A stretch of 64,000 nt of DNA from Nageia nagi (taxonomy: Eukaryota; Plantae; Pinophyta). The notes under the pieces are model-generated. The model made no database searches and was not told where the DNA came from. It saw only the letters and a program-made list of their open reading frames with translations. The stretch spans positions 37,386,001-37,450,000 of the forward strand of contig JBITNC010000002.1 of NCBI GenBank assembly GCA_050084985.1, given 5' to 3'. The stretch's first letter is position 1. The number at the start of each line of letters is the position of its first letter. This document shows, in pieces, positions 12,046 through 24,600 of this stretch. The translations under genes and the position numbers were made by a program.

Positions 12046-15000
12046 ATGATTTTTTTCTCATGGAATGTAAGAGGGTTGACGGACCCATCCGTAAATATAT
12101 GGTCCGAGATGAGATTGTTGATGTCAATCTCCAGTTTGGTAGTGTTGATTTTGTTTACCTTCAAGAAGTTAAAATTATAGATTTTCTGTTACAGTGTACC
12201 TATAAGTTGCTCTGGTAGAGTGGTAATTTTTTTCATACAAATCATGTTAATGGTTCTGGTGGTGCTGTCACTTTTATTTCCCAAAAATGGTAGTCACACA
12301 TGGTTTCTTGGGGGGTGGACCCTTCAAATCAGGCAGTTTGGACTTTGTTTGAGTTGCATGGTAAACTTTTCGATCTTATTAATATTTATGCTTCAAATGA
12401 TGCTCATGATAGGCGGTCTCTATGGAGTTGGTTAGCTTTCTCCTTACCTCTTGCAACTTGGGTCTTATGTGGGGACTTTAATATGGTAGAAAAATTTGTT
12501 AATAAACAAAGTCATAACCCTTTTCGTTGGAATTTGGGTGAAAGAGAAGCTTGGTTTTTTCTTAAAAATAAGCTTAGCCTATATGATCCAAATTCTACCT
12601 TCTCACCTGCAAATTTTCAAGAGTCTCATTGGTTTACTTGGTCTAATTTACAAGCAGAAATAATCGAGTTTTGAAAAGGCTTGATAGAGTTATGCTTTCA
12701 GAATCAGATTCTTTTTATTTTGAGAATCTTATATCCCAATCTCCTCCTATTTATGTGGTGCCAAATACTACTCTATCTGATCATGCTCCAATAATGTTCA
12801 ATATTAAATACAATCATATTCCTGAAAGAATCTTCAAACCTCAGTGGTATATGAACACTTCCTTGTTGCCATGTCCCTCTATGAAAGAGCACATTTTTCA
12901 CATTTGGAATATTATCCCTCGACCTCTTGGTGTGACTGGTTGGATCACGTGGTGGAATAATGCCATTTCAAAAACTACTAAAGTTCTTAGAACCATTGGA
13001 GCAGAGTTTGCTAAAAGGAGGTGTAAGTCCAACCTTGTCATTCGAACTGAATTTACTAGAGCTTCTCGCTCTCTTGAGGCTAATCCCTTTAATATTACTC
13101 TTCAAGCTAATGTTGCAGCTCTCAGACATGAAATTAGAAAAGAAAAAGTTTATGCAGCTAAAGGAGCTCAGATTAAGTCTCGCTTGAAATGGCTTAAGGT
13201 GGGAGATAGAGTCTCAAAAGAGTTCTTCAAAAGATTGTGCCCCCCTACAAACTACCCAATTTCAAGCTTTACAGCATGATGGTAATAGAATCACCAATTT
13301 CCCTGATATTGTTCAAGCTTTTGTTCAGCATTATGAGAAGGTTTTTGCTTCCCAACCTATTACTATAGCTAGCCAACAAGCTCTTAATGAGTGCTACAAT
13401 GTCATACCTCAGTAGTTGAATACTATTCAGAGAGAGTTTTGTGATTCTCCTTTAACTTTAGAAGAGCTGAAACTTGCTTTATCTGATATGGCTAATGACA
13501 AAACTCCTAGTCTTGATGGTTTTCCTTGTGAATTCTATAAAACTTTTTGGGATATGGTTGGTCCTGATCTTTTACATGTTTATCAGGAAGCTATGCATAC
13601 TGGTTCTTTGGGAGCTTTAATCAACAAAGGTAATATCAAATTCATCCTAAAATCTAGTGATCCAGAAATTATTACAAATTGGAGACCCATCACTCTGTTA
13701 AATGTTAGTTATAAAATCATTGCTAAAGCTTTAGCTCTTAAGCTTCGTCCCTTGTTACCTCTCATTGTCCGACCAGAGCAAACTGGTTTTGTGCAAGGAA
13801 GATATATTCTTGATAATGTTATTGCTATCTGGAAAGGTATGCAATGGGCTCAATCTTCATGACAAGATGCTCTTTTTTATTAAAATTGACTTTGAAAAAG
13901 CCTATGATCGTATTGAATGGAGGTTCATTTTAGCCATGTTGCAGGCTCTTGGCTTTGGTCCTTATTTTCTTAGATATATCAATATGTTGTTCAGAGATGC
14001 TTCTGCTATTTTAACAATGAATAATGCTCAGTCTCAGTCCATCCTGTTAGCTCACTCTGTACGATAAGGGTGTCCTTTAGCCTTTTCTCTTTTTATTTTA
14101 GCTACTGAAGCTTTTAGCTATTTGTTAGCCTTTCAAGCCTCCCAAGGAATGGTCAAAGGTATTGCTTTGCCTCATTCAGATAAATCTCTTTTAAATGGAT
14201 ATTTTGTAGATGATTCTTTTCTTACTATGGCAGAAGAAGAGTAGTCTGTTAATATTGCACTTAAATATTTAAACACTTTTTGCTTAGCTTCTGGATCTAG
14301 TATTCAATGGAATAAGACTTCTTGTTATAGACAATCTTTTAAGGATATTCCTCAATGGCTTATTAATTTTTCATGGAAATGAATTCAGCCAGGTGAAACA
14401 TTTAAGTTTCTAAGTATCCCCTTTGCTTTTGAAGCCTCCCCTGCTCAGCTATGGAAGATGTAGTCCAAAAAGTGGAAAAAAAGTTGGCCTACTGGTCCAC
14501 AAAGAAACTTTCCCTTGCAAGAAAATTTCAAATTTGTTCCAAGATATTAGCTTCCACCCATGTCTATTACTCCTCCTGTTGGGTGCCTGCTAAGTCTTGC
14601 TATAATAGGCTTGATCGACTGCTTAGGGATTTTATTTGGGCTTCAGATGCTCATAAAAGAAGCTTCCATCGGGTTGCTTGGGATTCTTGTTGCATGACCA
14701 GATCCACTGGAGGTATGGGAATGTTTAATTGTGAAAAATAAGGGATTACTTTATGTGCCAAATGGGTTATTCGAGCTTTGGAAGGGGATGAGGCTTGGAA
14801 AATCCTAGTCAAACATTGCATATCAATAGGTACTCCCCTTGGCAAAAGGATTTGGAAAGGAATGAATTTTCATACAATTCTTACTGCCCCTATGCAGTTT
14901 AAAATTTTTGGTTCTTTTGTTGTTAAAAGTATATGGAAAACTTGGGAGGCCTTAAAGCCATGGTTGACATGGAAAGGATGTGATAAAAATGTAGGTGCTT

Positions 15001-15910
15001 CTTGCTCTTCTTTAAATATATGGTGGTCCCCTATAATTATTGATAATGGGTTACTTCCTTCTCAAATTCAATGGATTAGAGCTCTCAGATTTCATCGCAA
15101 AGGCATTGACTCTTTATTGGACCTGTATGATCCTCAAACTAGATCTTGGTTCTCTTGGGATAAGTTTCGAGAGTTGTATAATCTCAAGGCAGATGATAAG
15201 TATACTTTTGAATGTCTTATTGATAGAACTCCTCTATCTATCTGGACTAAACTTGGGAAGAAGTTTCAAAAGCCCTGGTGGTCAGATTGGGTTTGGCCTA
15301 AAAGAATTCAGATGAATAAGTATAAGTCTCATATGGGCTACTTTTTGCTTTCTCCTCATGTTCCTATGGCTAATACTCTTAATGTTCGATGAGATTTATT
15401 CTCTGTTCAATCTCATTGGAATTTAAGATTTAAGGTTGTTTGGTCTTCCTTATTGGAGCCTAAATAAAGTTTTCTTAGTTGGAGTTTGTTACATCAAGGT
15501 CTTCCTATTGGTATTCGAAGAAAATATCTGGGTGTTCCTAACCCTCTGTGTGCATTCTGCAATCAGCCAGAAGATTTTTTGCATGTTTTTTGATCATGTG
15601 AAAAAGCTCATGATGTTTGGATATGGATTCTCTCTTTTTTTAACCCTTTTCTATCTACTCCATGCACTTGGGTTCATGCTTTGTTGGAGGATCCTCTTCA
15701 TTTCTCAGAACCTCTTCAAGAAGTTTGACATATTTTTCATCTTAGTATACTTTTTTACCTTTGGAAGACTCGAAATAACATTATTTATGGTAGACAAGAG
15801 GCTTCTTCTGTATTCTCTCTTTTGATAAATACATAGTCTTTTATGATTGTTTGTTACAGATTTTTAATCAAGCAAAATAGGTACATATTGAGCTTCAGCA
15901 CTTACGGAAT
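12046..15910 (+). pseudogene. LINE ORF2: APE endonuclease, reverse transcriptase, zf-RVT/CCHC; disrupted
   Basis: MIFFSWNVRGL, LQEVK, NIYASN, WVLCGDFN, RLDRV, SDHAPI; WRPITLLNVSYKIIAK, KIDFEKAYDRIEW, VR*GCPL, YFVDDS; CAFCNQPEDFLHVF. Confidence 0.95.
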
Positions 15911-16450
15911 TTGTTGGATCACTGGTGCAATGCTCCCTGCTCTACTAGTAGACTGCCCAACCAAATTCAGGATGCTTCTCGCTCACATAACTATGGGCCT
16001 TCAGTGGATTGACTTATCAGTGGAGGGCTCTCAGTAGTGCATTTTTATGTTTTTTTTTTTTTTTTAGTCTGGGTATCTGATAAAGCTTCGAGACATTTTA
16101 CCTTTGATGAATATTTGGATCATGTATAATTTTGTTTCTTCTTCCTAGCTTTTTTATCAAGCTAGTGTGACGATCAGGGTGTGCTCAATCCCACCTGCCC
16201 CTTTTGTATGATAAAGCATTTTATTTAATATAAAGTGTTTTCATCCAAAAAAAAAAAAATTAACTTAAATTTTTACATGTTAATGATCTTAATATTTTTT
16301 TGGTTTTTAAATACATTTAAATATTTTTAAATAGATTTTTTAAGATTTGTAGAGATTTTTTTTTGTTTTAAATAATTGATTTTATTATTTTTAAAAATTT
16401 AAAAAGTATTATTTATTATATGTTTATTAATGATTTTATTTATTTAGATC

Positions 16451-19400
16451 ATGAGCAGTGAAGAGAATGAAAGGATGAGGTCCATTGAGGAAGAAGAAAA
16501 GGAAACGACATAAAAAAGGGAAAAAAGCATCATAGAACCTGAAGTAGATAAAAAAATATTCGTAAGTATTAGTATGTACTATTTTCTTATCAATTTTTTT
16601 TTAATATTACTTATTTCGTAAGATAAATAATTTTTTTTTTTCAAATGGCAACACTTAAGCTAGTGTTGAAACAAACTAGTAAAATATTAACAACAAACTA
16701 AATGGATAGGATGTAACGTATCAGGACCTCTCATGCAACTAGTCGCAACCAGCATATTAGCTCAATGTTGCCTCCAACCACTCCACATGGTATTATTTTT
16801 ACATGAATTAAATTTTTAAAAATACTTTAATTATTATTATTTTTTCATTTATTAGTCATTTTGTTTAATGATTAATTAAAAATGTGGTAAAGGTGATATG
16901 AGTGTTGAAACTGCAAAGTCAGTGAATCAAGATCCCTTAACTTCTTCACATCAATAGGTTCACTTGGAGTTGAGATAAGAGTGAAACTTGACGGTGAAGT
17001 AATTGAGGATGAAACGAGGACATAAAATCAATACATTTAAATATATACTTGCAATACAATAATTTACCCCTATTTTCAAATATTTTATAGGGAAGCTTTT
17101 TATGCTCATCTAAGGAAGCATGCACGCAATTTTTTTATGAAGACCTTAGATCTTGATTGGAATCTCAAGATGAAAATAATACATTTTTTTAATATTATTA
17201 TTAATAATATTTTTAAAAAATCTTATTTTCTGAAAAATTAAAAATTAATTTTTATAATTATGTATTTTACAACTAAAAGAAAATTTGTAAGTGCTCTCAG
17301 AAGAGATTTTAGAGTTGGGTTTGATTCAAAGTTTGCATTAACCAAGGCAGGAAGGACCCTCAATTGGAGGAGGGACCATTTTAGGTGCATGATAAAGGCT
17401 CTTGACCCATCTGAGTGTGACCATCACCATAGAAAGGCTAACTATGATCCAAAAGTGTGGAAAAATTAGTGGCAAAAGTGAATGCAACTAAGGAGCATCA
17501 GGTAGAAACACAAGAACCCTATCAATAGAAAAAATCTTCACGGTACATGGATTTCTTAAATTGTTATCCATAGGTACACATCGTACAAGTTCAACAGGAA
17601 AGCTAGAGTTAGATGCTAAGTTTGTAAGTATATTAATTTAATGAATTATTTAATATTTATACTTCACATAATTAAATATTTATTATTATTTTTTTTAATT
17701 TTCTATAGTTATCCAAATATAATTGCCTTCCTACAAAAGAGGAAAGCAAATATGGACTCAAAGGAGGTTTTGTAAAACTTGTTGAAAAGGTGGATGCTTA
17801 AATGGTAAGCAAGTATGAAAACCTTATATGCTTTAAATTAATTAATTATATTTAATTTTTAAATATTAATATATGCTTTACATATTTTACTTAGTGTTAA
17901 TAATATTGACTTAGGGGGATTAAGTGTTTGTAATTTTACAAGGGTTCAAGGTTTATGGGACTAGGGTTCAAAGGCTTAAGAGTTTTAGGGTAGAGGGTTT
18001 TAAGGGTTTAGGGGTTAGGGTATATGATTTTTAGGGTTTAATATTTGAGAAAATTTTTCAAGCTTAAGTTAGTAAAAATTTAACTTATGTTACAACTTGA
18101 GTTAAAAATATCATTTAGGTTAGTAAAAATGAATTAAAAAGATAATAAAAATCAATCCTAGAAGATTGTGTCCATCAACCTTTGAGCAATGACATTAACT
18201 AACATGATAAAAACCAAAAATAAAACATAAAATTCCCTCTGAGCTCAATTATCGATCACCCCATGTAGTAACAATATTGAAAAATATATGAGCTCAAGAT
18301 TATCATTAATTTTTAAATCAAAGAATACATTGTATATGATTCCATATCTAAATAATCCTAACCTTAAATGCTTATCCCTAACCCTTACCACTAACACTAA
18401 CCTTAACCCTAAATGGTAACCATAACTCTAAACTTGACCTCAAATCAAACTTTTTGGCTAGTAAAAAAATTAACTTAGATTAGATTTATTAGGTTTAAAG
18501 GTTTAAGGTTTTAGGGATTTAAGATTTTAGGGTTTAGGGGCTTACAATTAAGGGTAAATGGTTTATATGATTTTGGATTTTAGTATTTTAACATTCAAAG
18601 TTTAGGCTTCAAGGCCAACTTAAGGGTTTTAGGGTTTAAGTTATAAGGTTTTAAGGGTTTAGGGGTAAGGGTACAGGGTTTTTTGGGTTAGTATTGGTTA
18701 GGGTTAGGGTTAGTGGTTAGTGGTTAACGATTAGGGTTAGTAGTTAGGATTGGTGGTTAGGATTAAGGTTAATGTTAGTAGTGGTTAGGGTTAGGGTTAG
18801 GATTAAAGGTTACAATTAGAGTTAGACTTGGTTAGTGGTTAGTATTTAGGGTTAGCGTTAGTAATGGTTAGGGTTAGTAGTTAAGGTTAAGGTTAGTAGT
18901 TAGGGTTAATATTATTATTAGTAATGGTTAGGGTTAGGGTTAGAGTTAGTAGTGGTTAGGGTTCGATTAGGGTTAGGGTTAGGATCAAACGTGGCTAGTA
19001 GTTAGATATTTTTTCTAGCACTTCCTTTACCTCACCCATAAAATTGCAAATTGCACATACACCCAAATTTGATAATGAGATTCATTTACCATTTATGTGC
19101 AAACCAATTCTTACTCATTTTCCACTTATGTGCAAACTAGTCTACTCCCTTATAATGTACTATGGACTCCCATTACCCACCAAAAGAGAAGGTAATGTAC
19201 CAAACAATAGTGGTTTTAACCTAACTGTAATCCTCAACTGTTAAAATGTAACCCTTAAACCCCCTTAACCCTAACCCTTAAATTTGATTGAGATCAATAT
19301 ATAAAAATTTGACTTATGTTAAACCTAGGTCGCTAAAACTTTAACTTAGGTCAAACATATTAGGTTACTAAAAATTTCACTTAGATTATATTTATTAGGT

Positions 19401-19723
19401 TACAAATAATTTGATTTAGGTTAGTAAAAATTAAACCTAAATAATTTGATAATATTTATTTCTTTTAATATACACTAATAATATTAAATCTTTCATTCGT
19501 AATAGTTTATATGCTATTAATTAATTAGTTAGTTATGATTTGATTTTCATGAAATTATTTTTAATTAATTATTATTTACTAACATTTATTTATTTATCAT
19601 TTGCAAGGTTCTTTTAGAGTGCCTGTTGATGAGGGGGTAAATGAGGAGGATGAAAAGCACCATGAAAATGAGTATGGATATGATAGTGATCAATGTAGAG
19701 TAGGGGATAGTGAGGATTTTTAG
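16451..19723 (+). pseudogene. CACTA second ORF (TnpA/Ptta-like), multi-exon, decayed
   Basis: GC-richer exons between AT-rich GT..AG introns: MSSEENER (16451-16561), EAFYAHLRKHARNFF (~17091), KRKFVSALRRDFRVGFDSKFALTKAGRTLNWRRDHFR...DPKVWK..GTHRTSSTGKLELDAKF (17272-17623), LSKYNCLPTKEES (17709-17804), and an acidic last exon (~19608-19723). Confidence 0.65.
17915..19282. repeat. Intronic telomere-like arrays in alternating orientation (G-strand 17915-18040, C-strand 18355-18440, G-strand 18490-19005, C-strand 19245-19282)
   Basis: TTTAGGG variants, then a TTAGGG/TTAGTGG/TTAGTAG-dominated block at 18690-19005; interspersed AAAAATTTAACTTAGGTT-type motifs. Confidence 0.9.
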
Positions 19724-22700
19724 ATTAGATGATAGTACTAATGATAGTGATCATTATATAACATTTCCAGTACAAATATTTTAATATATTTATATATTTT
19801 TTTATACATTTGCAATGCTTATATATTGTATTTTTTATATGTTTATAAATTATGTTGAATTTTAAATTTTTGCTTGCTTCCATTAAATTTAATAATAATT
19901 AAATTTTAATTAAATTATGTTTATTTAATTCTATAAAATATAATCAATAAATTAAAATTCAGTATAATGAATTAATTCATTTAAAATTCATTCAATTTAA
20001 TATAAAAAATTTAAATAATAGCATAAAAAATATTTTTTTTTAAATGCAAAATATTTTTTTTTTGATTTCAACATTCATGATGCTATGCTTAACATCATAC
20101 CTGGCATCATACCTAATAAAAACAAAAATAATTAAATAGGTTTTCTCGATGGTATACCTGACAAAATTATTAATGGGAAAAATGTGTTCTGACAAAATTC
20201 TTGATGTTACTGATGCTATTTTTGATAGAAATTATGACATTTTTTGTCCATGTTATGATGAAATACCTGATGGTATTTGCGACATAACCTAATGAAATAC
20301 CTGACAAAAATTCTAATGTCGGGTATGACAAACATTTTATCATCAGAAATAACATCAGAGACTAATTAAAAAAAATAAAAATAAAAACTACATAGGGGCT
20401 AACATTATTTCTGTAGCCCAACCCCTATTATCTAGTAGTGATAGGAGAATGATAATGACTAATATGTAGGAAACAAGAAAATATAACGTAAGAAAATACA
20501 AGGGGATGGGATTTTTGATATTATTGTAACAAAGTCATGGGGATGGATGGAGGGACCAATAAGCTAATTTTGCTCAAAAGTAATAAAAATTGTTGATTGC
20601 TTGCCAGGGTTGGAATGATTCCTAGTTAGTCGTATAATTAAAAAAACTTTCAACCTTAAATTTGGGCAGCGTTAACATGAATACCACTTAGGTTAAACAT
20701 CCTATTAAGCAATTTGATTATAAAAAGAAAAGAAGAGAAAAGGATGATAAATATGAATAGTTAAAATAACATACACAATACCACTAAAATACAAAGGAGA
20801 AATTTTTTATTATATCTTAAATAGTTTGAAAGAGGAAAGTAAATTAAAAAATTAAATTATTAGTTAATAAAAATAATAGTATAAAGGATTATTAACAATT
20901 AAGAAAGTAATAAATGAAGACAACTTTGATTCATTTAAAGTCTCATATAAAAGAGATTGAGTGGGCATTTGGATGCCATCCATATATATAAGAATTAAGA
21001 GAAAGAGATACAAAGTCAAAATGCAAAAGCGATGTTGAGAAAGAGATAATAAGAGTAAGTTAAGAGTGAAGGAAATTGGATAGGAAAAGTCATTATTAGT
21101 GGCATATGGAGTGCAATGTTGTGCATCAATGTGATAGGGATCAAAGCCCCAATGATAAAACAAAAAGCAGAGCATAGGTGGTGTGGTCGAAGAAATATAT
21201 GGAATGCTCTCAACCAAATATTGAGGTTTCTAGGGAAGGAGTTCTCATTTGAATTGAAGATGATGATTTTTAGGCAAGCCTAGTCAACCAATATTTGAGA
21301 AGTTTGGAATGTAGAAATGCATTTTCAAACTTAGCAAAATATGATGAGAAGATCCCATTAGCTATGTGAGGCATAGGATGAATAGTCCCTATAGTTCTAA
21401 GTAATTATATATAGGAAGTTTAACGATAGTTTGTTCCATGAATCATATGATCTATGTATTGAATATCTACATTTTTTGTAAGCACAAGTTTTGGGGCCCT
21501 ATTTTTCTAAAAACTTGCTTTAACTTTTTACTTGTATTGAAAAAATAGTGTAAGTTAAGAGTAAAGGTTGGAACATTGTTTCTAATTTTAATATGTATTT
21601 TTTTAAATAATTTGAAGAAACTAGGATAAATAACATCAAATATAGATAATAACTTAAAAGAAAAAATCTTAACGTAATAGAGAGAACCTTTATCATTTTA
21701 CTCCATGGATTTTCCATTAAGAGCACTACAAGAGAATGGGCTAAATGAATTCATATGGTAGAAATATAGATAATTGATTAAGCATGGATCTTAATCATAT
21801 CTCAATTCCCTTATTTTAATGAAATATTATTATTGGTGGAACTTATTTATAAATAGATATCATAAGGAGGGATTGTGGTTAATTCAATTCTACTCCATCA
21901 CACCCTAATATGAAGAAGGAATAATAAGGTTGTTTGATCATAAGAAACTCACATCTATAAGGGGCTCTAAATGAAATGCTAACAAGTGAAAAATATTTCA
22001 AAATTTAAAACTTTTCAATAAGGGAATGTAAATACGATTGTATTAAAAAAATATTATAAAAATGCACCAATATATATCATGATCATAGAATGTATATTGG
22101 CATATGTTGGAAAATAAAGAAAAAAGGTAACGAATACCTAACAAAGGAAATATTTTTTTACTTTATATCCTTTCTTATCATAACCACTATATGCTTATTG
22201 ATAATTCAAGATGGTGGGCTATCAATTTGAGAATAGGAGAACTATTGACAAGAAGATTAATGGGATCTAGTTTCTATAAGATTGATATGCAGGGGAGATA
22301 ACATAAGGGACTAGGAGGATAAAATAATTATTTAAGACACTAGGAAGAATTCCACTTAAGATAAAATATTATACTTCAAAGTAATAAAAAATAACACTAA
22401 AAATGATAACATGCACATTAGATTTCTATTAGAATTGGAACCTTATTCATATTAAATATCATACACAGATGCATTAAAGTTAACAAGAAAGGTAAACCTA
22501 GTTGGAGGCATAAAATTATTGATAAACCCCTCTAAAAATAGGATCATTGAGATATATCAAGATACAAGTTCAAATCTTGGTAGTTATCTTGATCTAATAT
22601 GCATGGTAAAGACAAAATATGTACTCAAGTTATATTTAATTAAATCACAATGATTCTCTAAGTTTGAAATCATGCAAAATGTAATCATCCACTTATATTA

Positions 22701-24600
22701 CAATTATAACCAAATCAAAATAATAAGTTGAAAAAGAAATATACAGTGTAGAGAAAATGGATATGGATATTCTCTAAAATTCTATGCAACATATATGTTT
22801 CCAAGCATAAAATCATACCAATTCTTAGTTTGTGATGATTTTTTCAAGAGGAAGGTTTTAGGTTCTATCCATTGAAGTAATTTACTTATAATTTAATATA
22901 GACCTTGCTTCAACACTCTTGGATCTATATAGAAGAATTTTGTTCCCTCATAGCACCAATACTTAGTTCAATGTCTATAATTGATGGAAGCCCATTAGAT
23001 AGAATACATAATAGCAATCAAGTAGGTGGTGCAGGTTAGTCAATGATATTGAGAATTCTCCCACTTTCAATTATCTAAACACCTAGATTTTTTTTGTTAA
23101 TATCTCTATCTCTATGAGTACCCTAATATAAAAATATAATATTTTGTAATCAAGATTAATATGATGATTCAAAAGTGAAGATAAAGGAATAAAACCAAAT
23201 TAATGATGGTTTAATATAGTCTTAAAGAACATACTAGATGATTGTAAGTACCATTTTATCATCACCATAAATAATCATTTAATTTGTTGATACAATACTT
23301 GTATGCCCCTTTATAGATAAGGATATATATATGGGTTGAAAAAGTAGTTGAAGGATGACTTCAAGACCATGGAAGTATTGCAAATTTGAATTTAGGAATA
23401 GGATGTGCTAAAATATTTCTTTGAGCAAAGATACTTATACAAAAAAATTTATTCCCATTGTTATAGTCAAAACTATTGACATTAGTTTTATATTTTATAA
23501 ACTTGTGAAATTCTATGGTTATGTTGTTCTCTTCTTATATATAAAAGGGATATTAAATAATAATACTAGGGATGTAAAATAATAATAGTATGGTCGCTTA
23601 GGAATTTTATTTCCTTTCCAAATCTACTAGATCTATTGACCATGGGGACATGTTGGACAATTATACAAGTGATTTATGGTGAAATAAATACTGTAATAGA
23701 TCAATTGATATGCATTCAATACTATCATTTTAGAATAATGGGAATAATAAAGGTATTCCATTTCCCAAAAAAGTGTAATTCATTTTTTAGAGAAACTTCA
23801 TCTAGTAAAAAATAAGGATTTTGAAGGCTAAACCAACTTTTTAATTGATGGATATTTAGTTTTATTATTAGTTAATAATCTATAATCATCATATGCTTAT
23901 AACATAGGTGGATCCTCAAATACAAATTCTTTACTTGATGTATTATTTGTTATTGATATGTTCAAAATCATGCATGCAATGTCATAAAATAGAAATAAAA
24001 TTTTGTTAGTAGAACAAATAGAATCACACACAAATTTGATATAAAGATTTATACTAGTTCCTTCCAATGTGGAAGTAGTCCTATTAAACTTCCTTTTTTA
24101 AAAAATATTTATAAAAGGAATATTACGACTTAAAAGTAAGAGTAGAATTTAATGTCCTCAATATTTCCTCTCAATCCGATATGCTTCTACAAACATTTGA
24201 TAAACAAAGATAAAACCTCTCAATCTTCCACAATAGAGATCTCCAAAAGTTTTATAACTAAAATAGATGTTCTCTCAAATTCCTCTAAATCATTTCAACT
24301 TCCTTCATAAACTCTACCACTTCACCAACCTCTTCAACTCCCCTTTTGACACATATCGAGTCGTTACAATGGTTGTAGATAAAGATAAATAGTCATCATG
24401 TTGTTAACACTAAAAATGGGCCTTCAACCATATTATTATGCCATGATTTTCAAAAATGGATCAATAATAATGATGTCATGCTATGAACTAATGATATCAA
24501 CATCCAATATATTTCACTTTGTTAAGCTTAAACCATATACATTATGTTGTGAAGCTAATGATGTTAACATCTAATATGTCCCACTTAAATAAGCTTGAAT

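Larger units (their letters stand above)
10675..16259 (+). mobile_element. Full-length L1-clade LINE (decayed), inserted in the CACTA
   Basis: 5' UTR, ORF1, ORF2, A13 tail (16247-16259), TSD TTAACT (10669-10674 and 16260-16265). Confidence 0.95.
7526..20440. mobile_element. CACTA (En/Spm) DNA transposon, internally deleted and decayed
   Basis: Left end CACTATTAAAAAATGG versus right-end reverse complement CACTACTAGATAATAG (12/16 match); near-TSD TTA/ATA; subterminal GATGCTAT/ATACCTGAC-type repeats at both ends (7540-7800, 20075-20360); TnpD and TnpA-like remnants inside. Confidence 0.82.

Noticed and set aside
18690-19005. True chromosome end or end-to-end fusion site
   Set aside because: The arrays are short, degenerate and embedded in an intron between CACTA exons and TIRs.
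20441-23950. Possible gene or TE remnants in the GC-richer patches
   Set aside because: No recognisable motif in the frames I read; too decayed to call without BLASTx.
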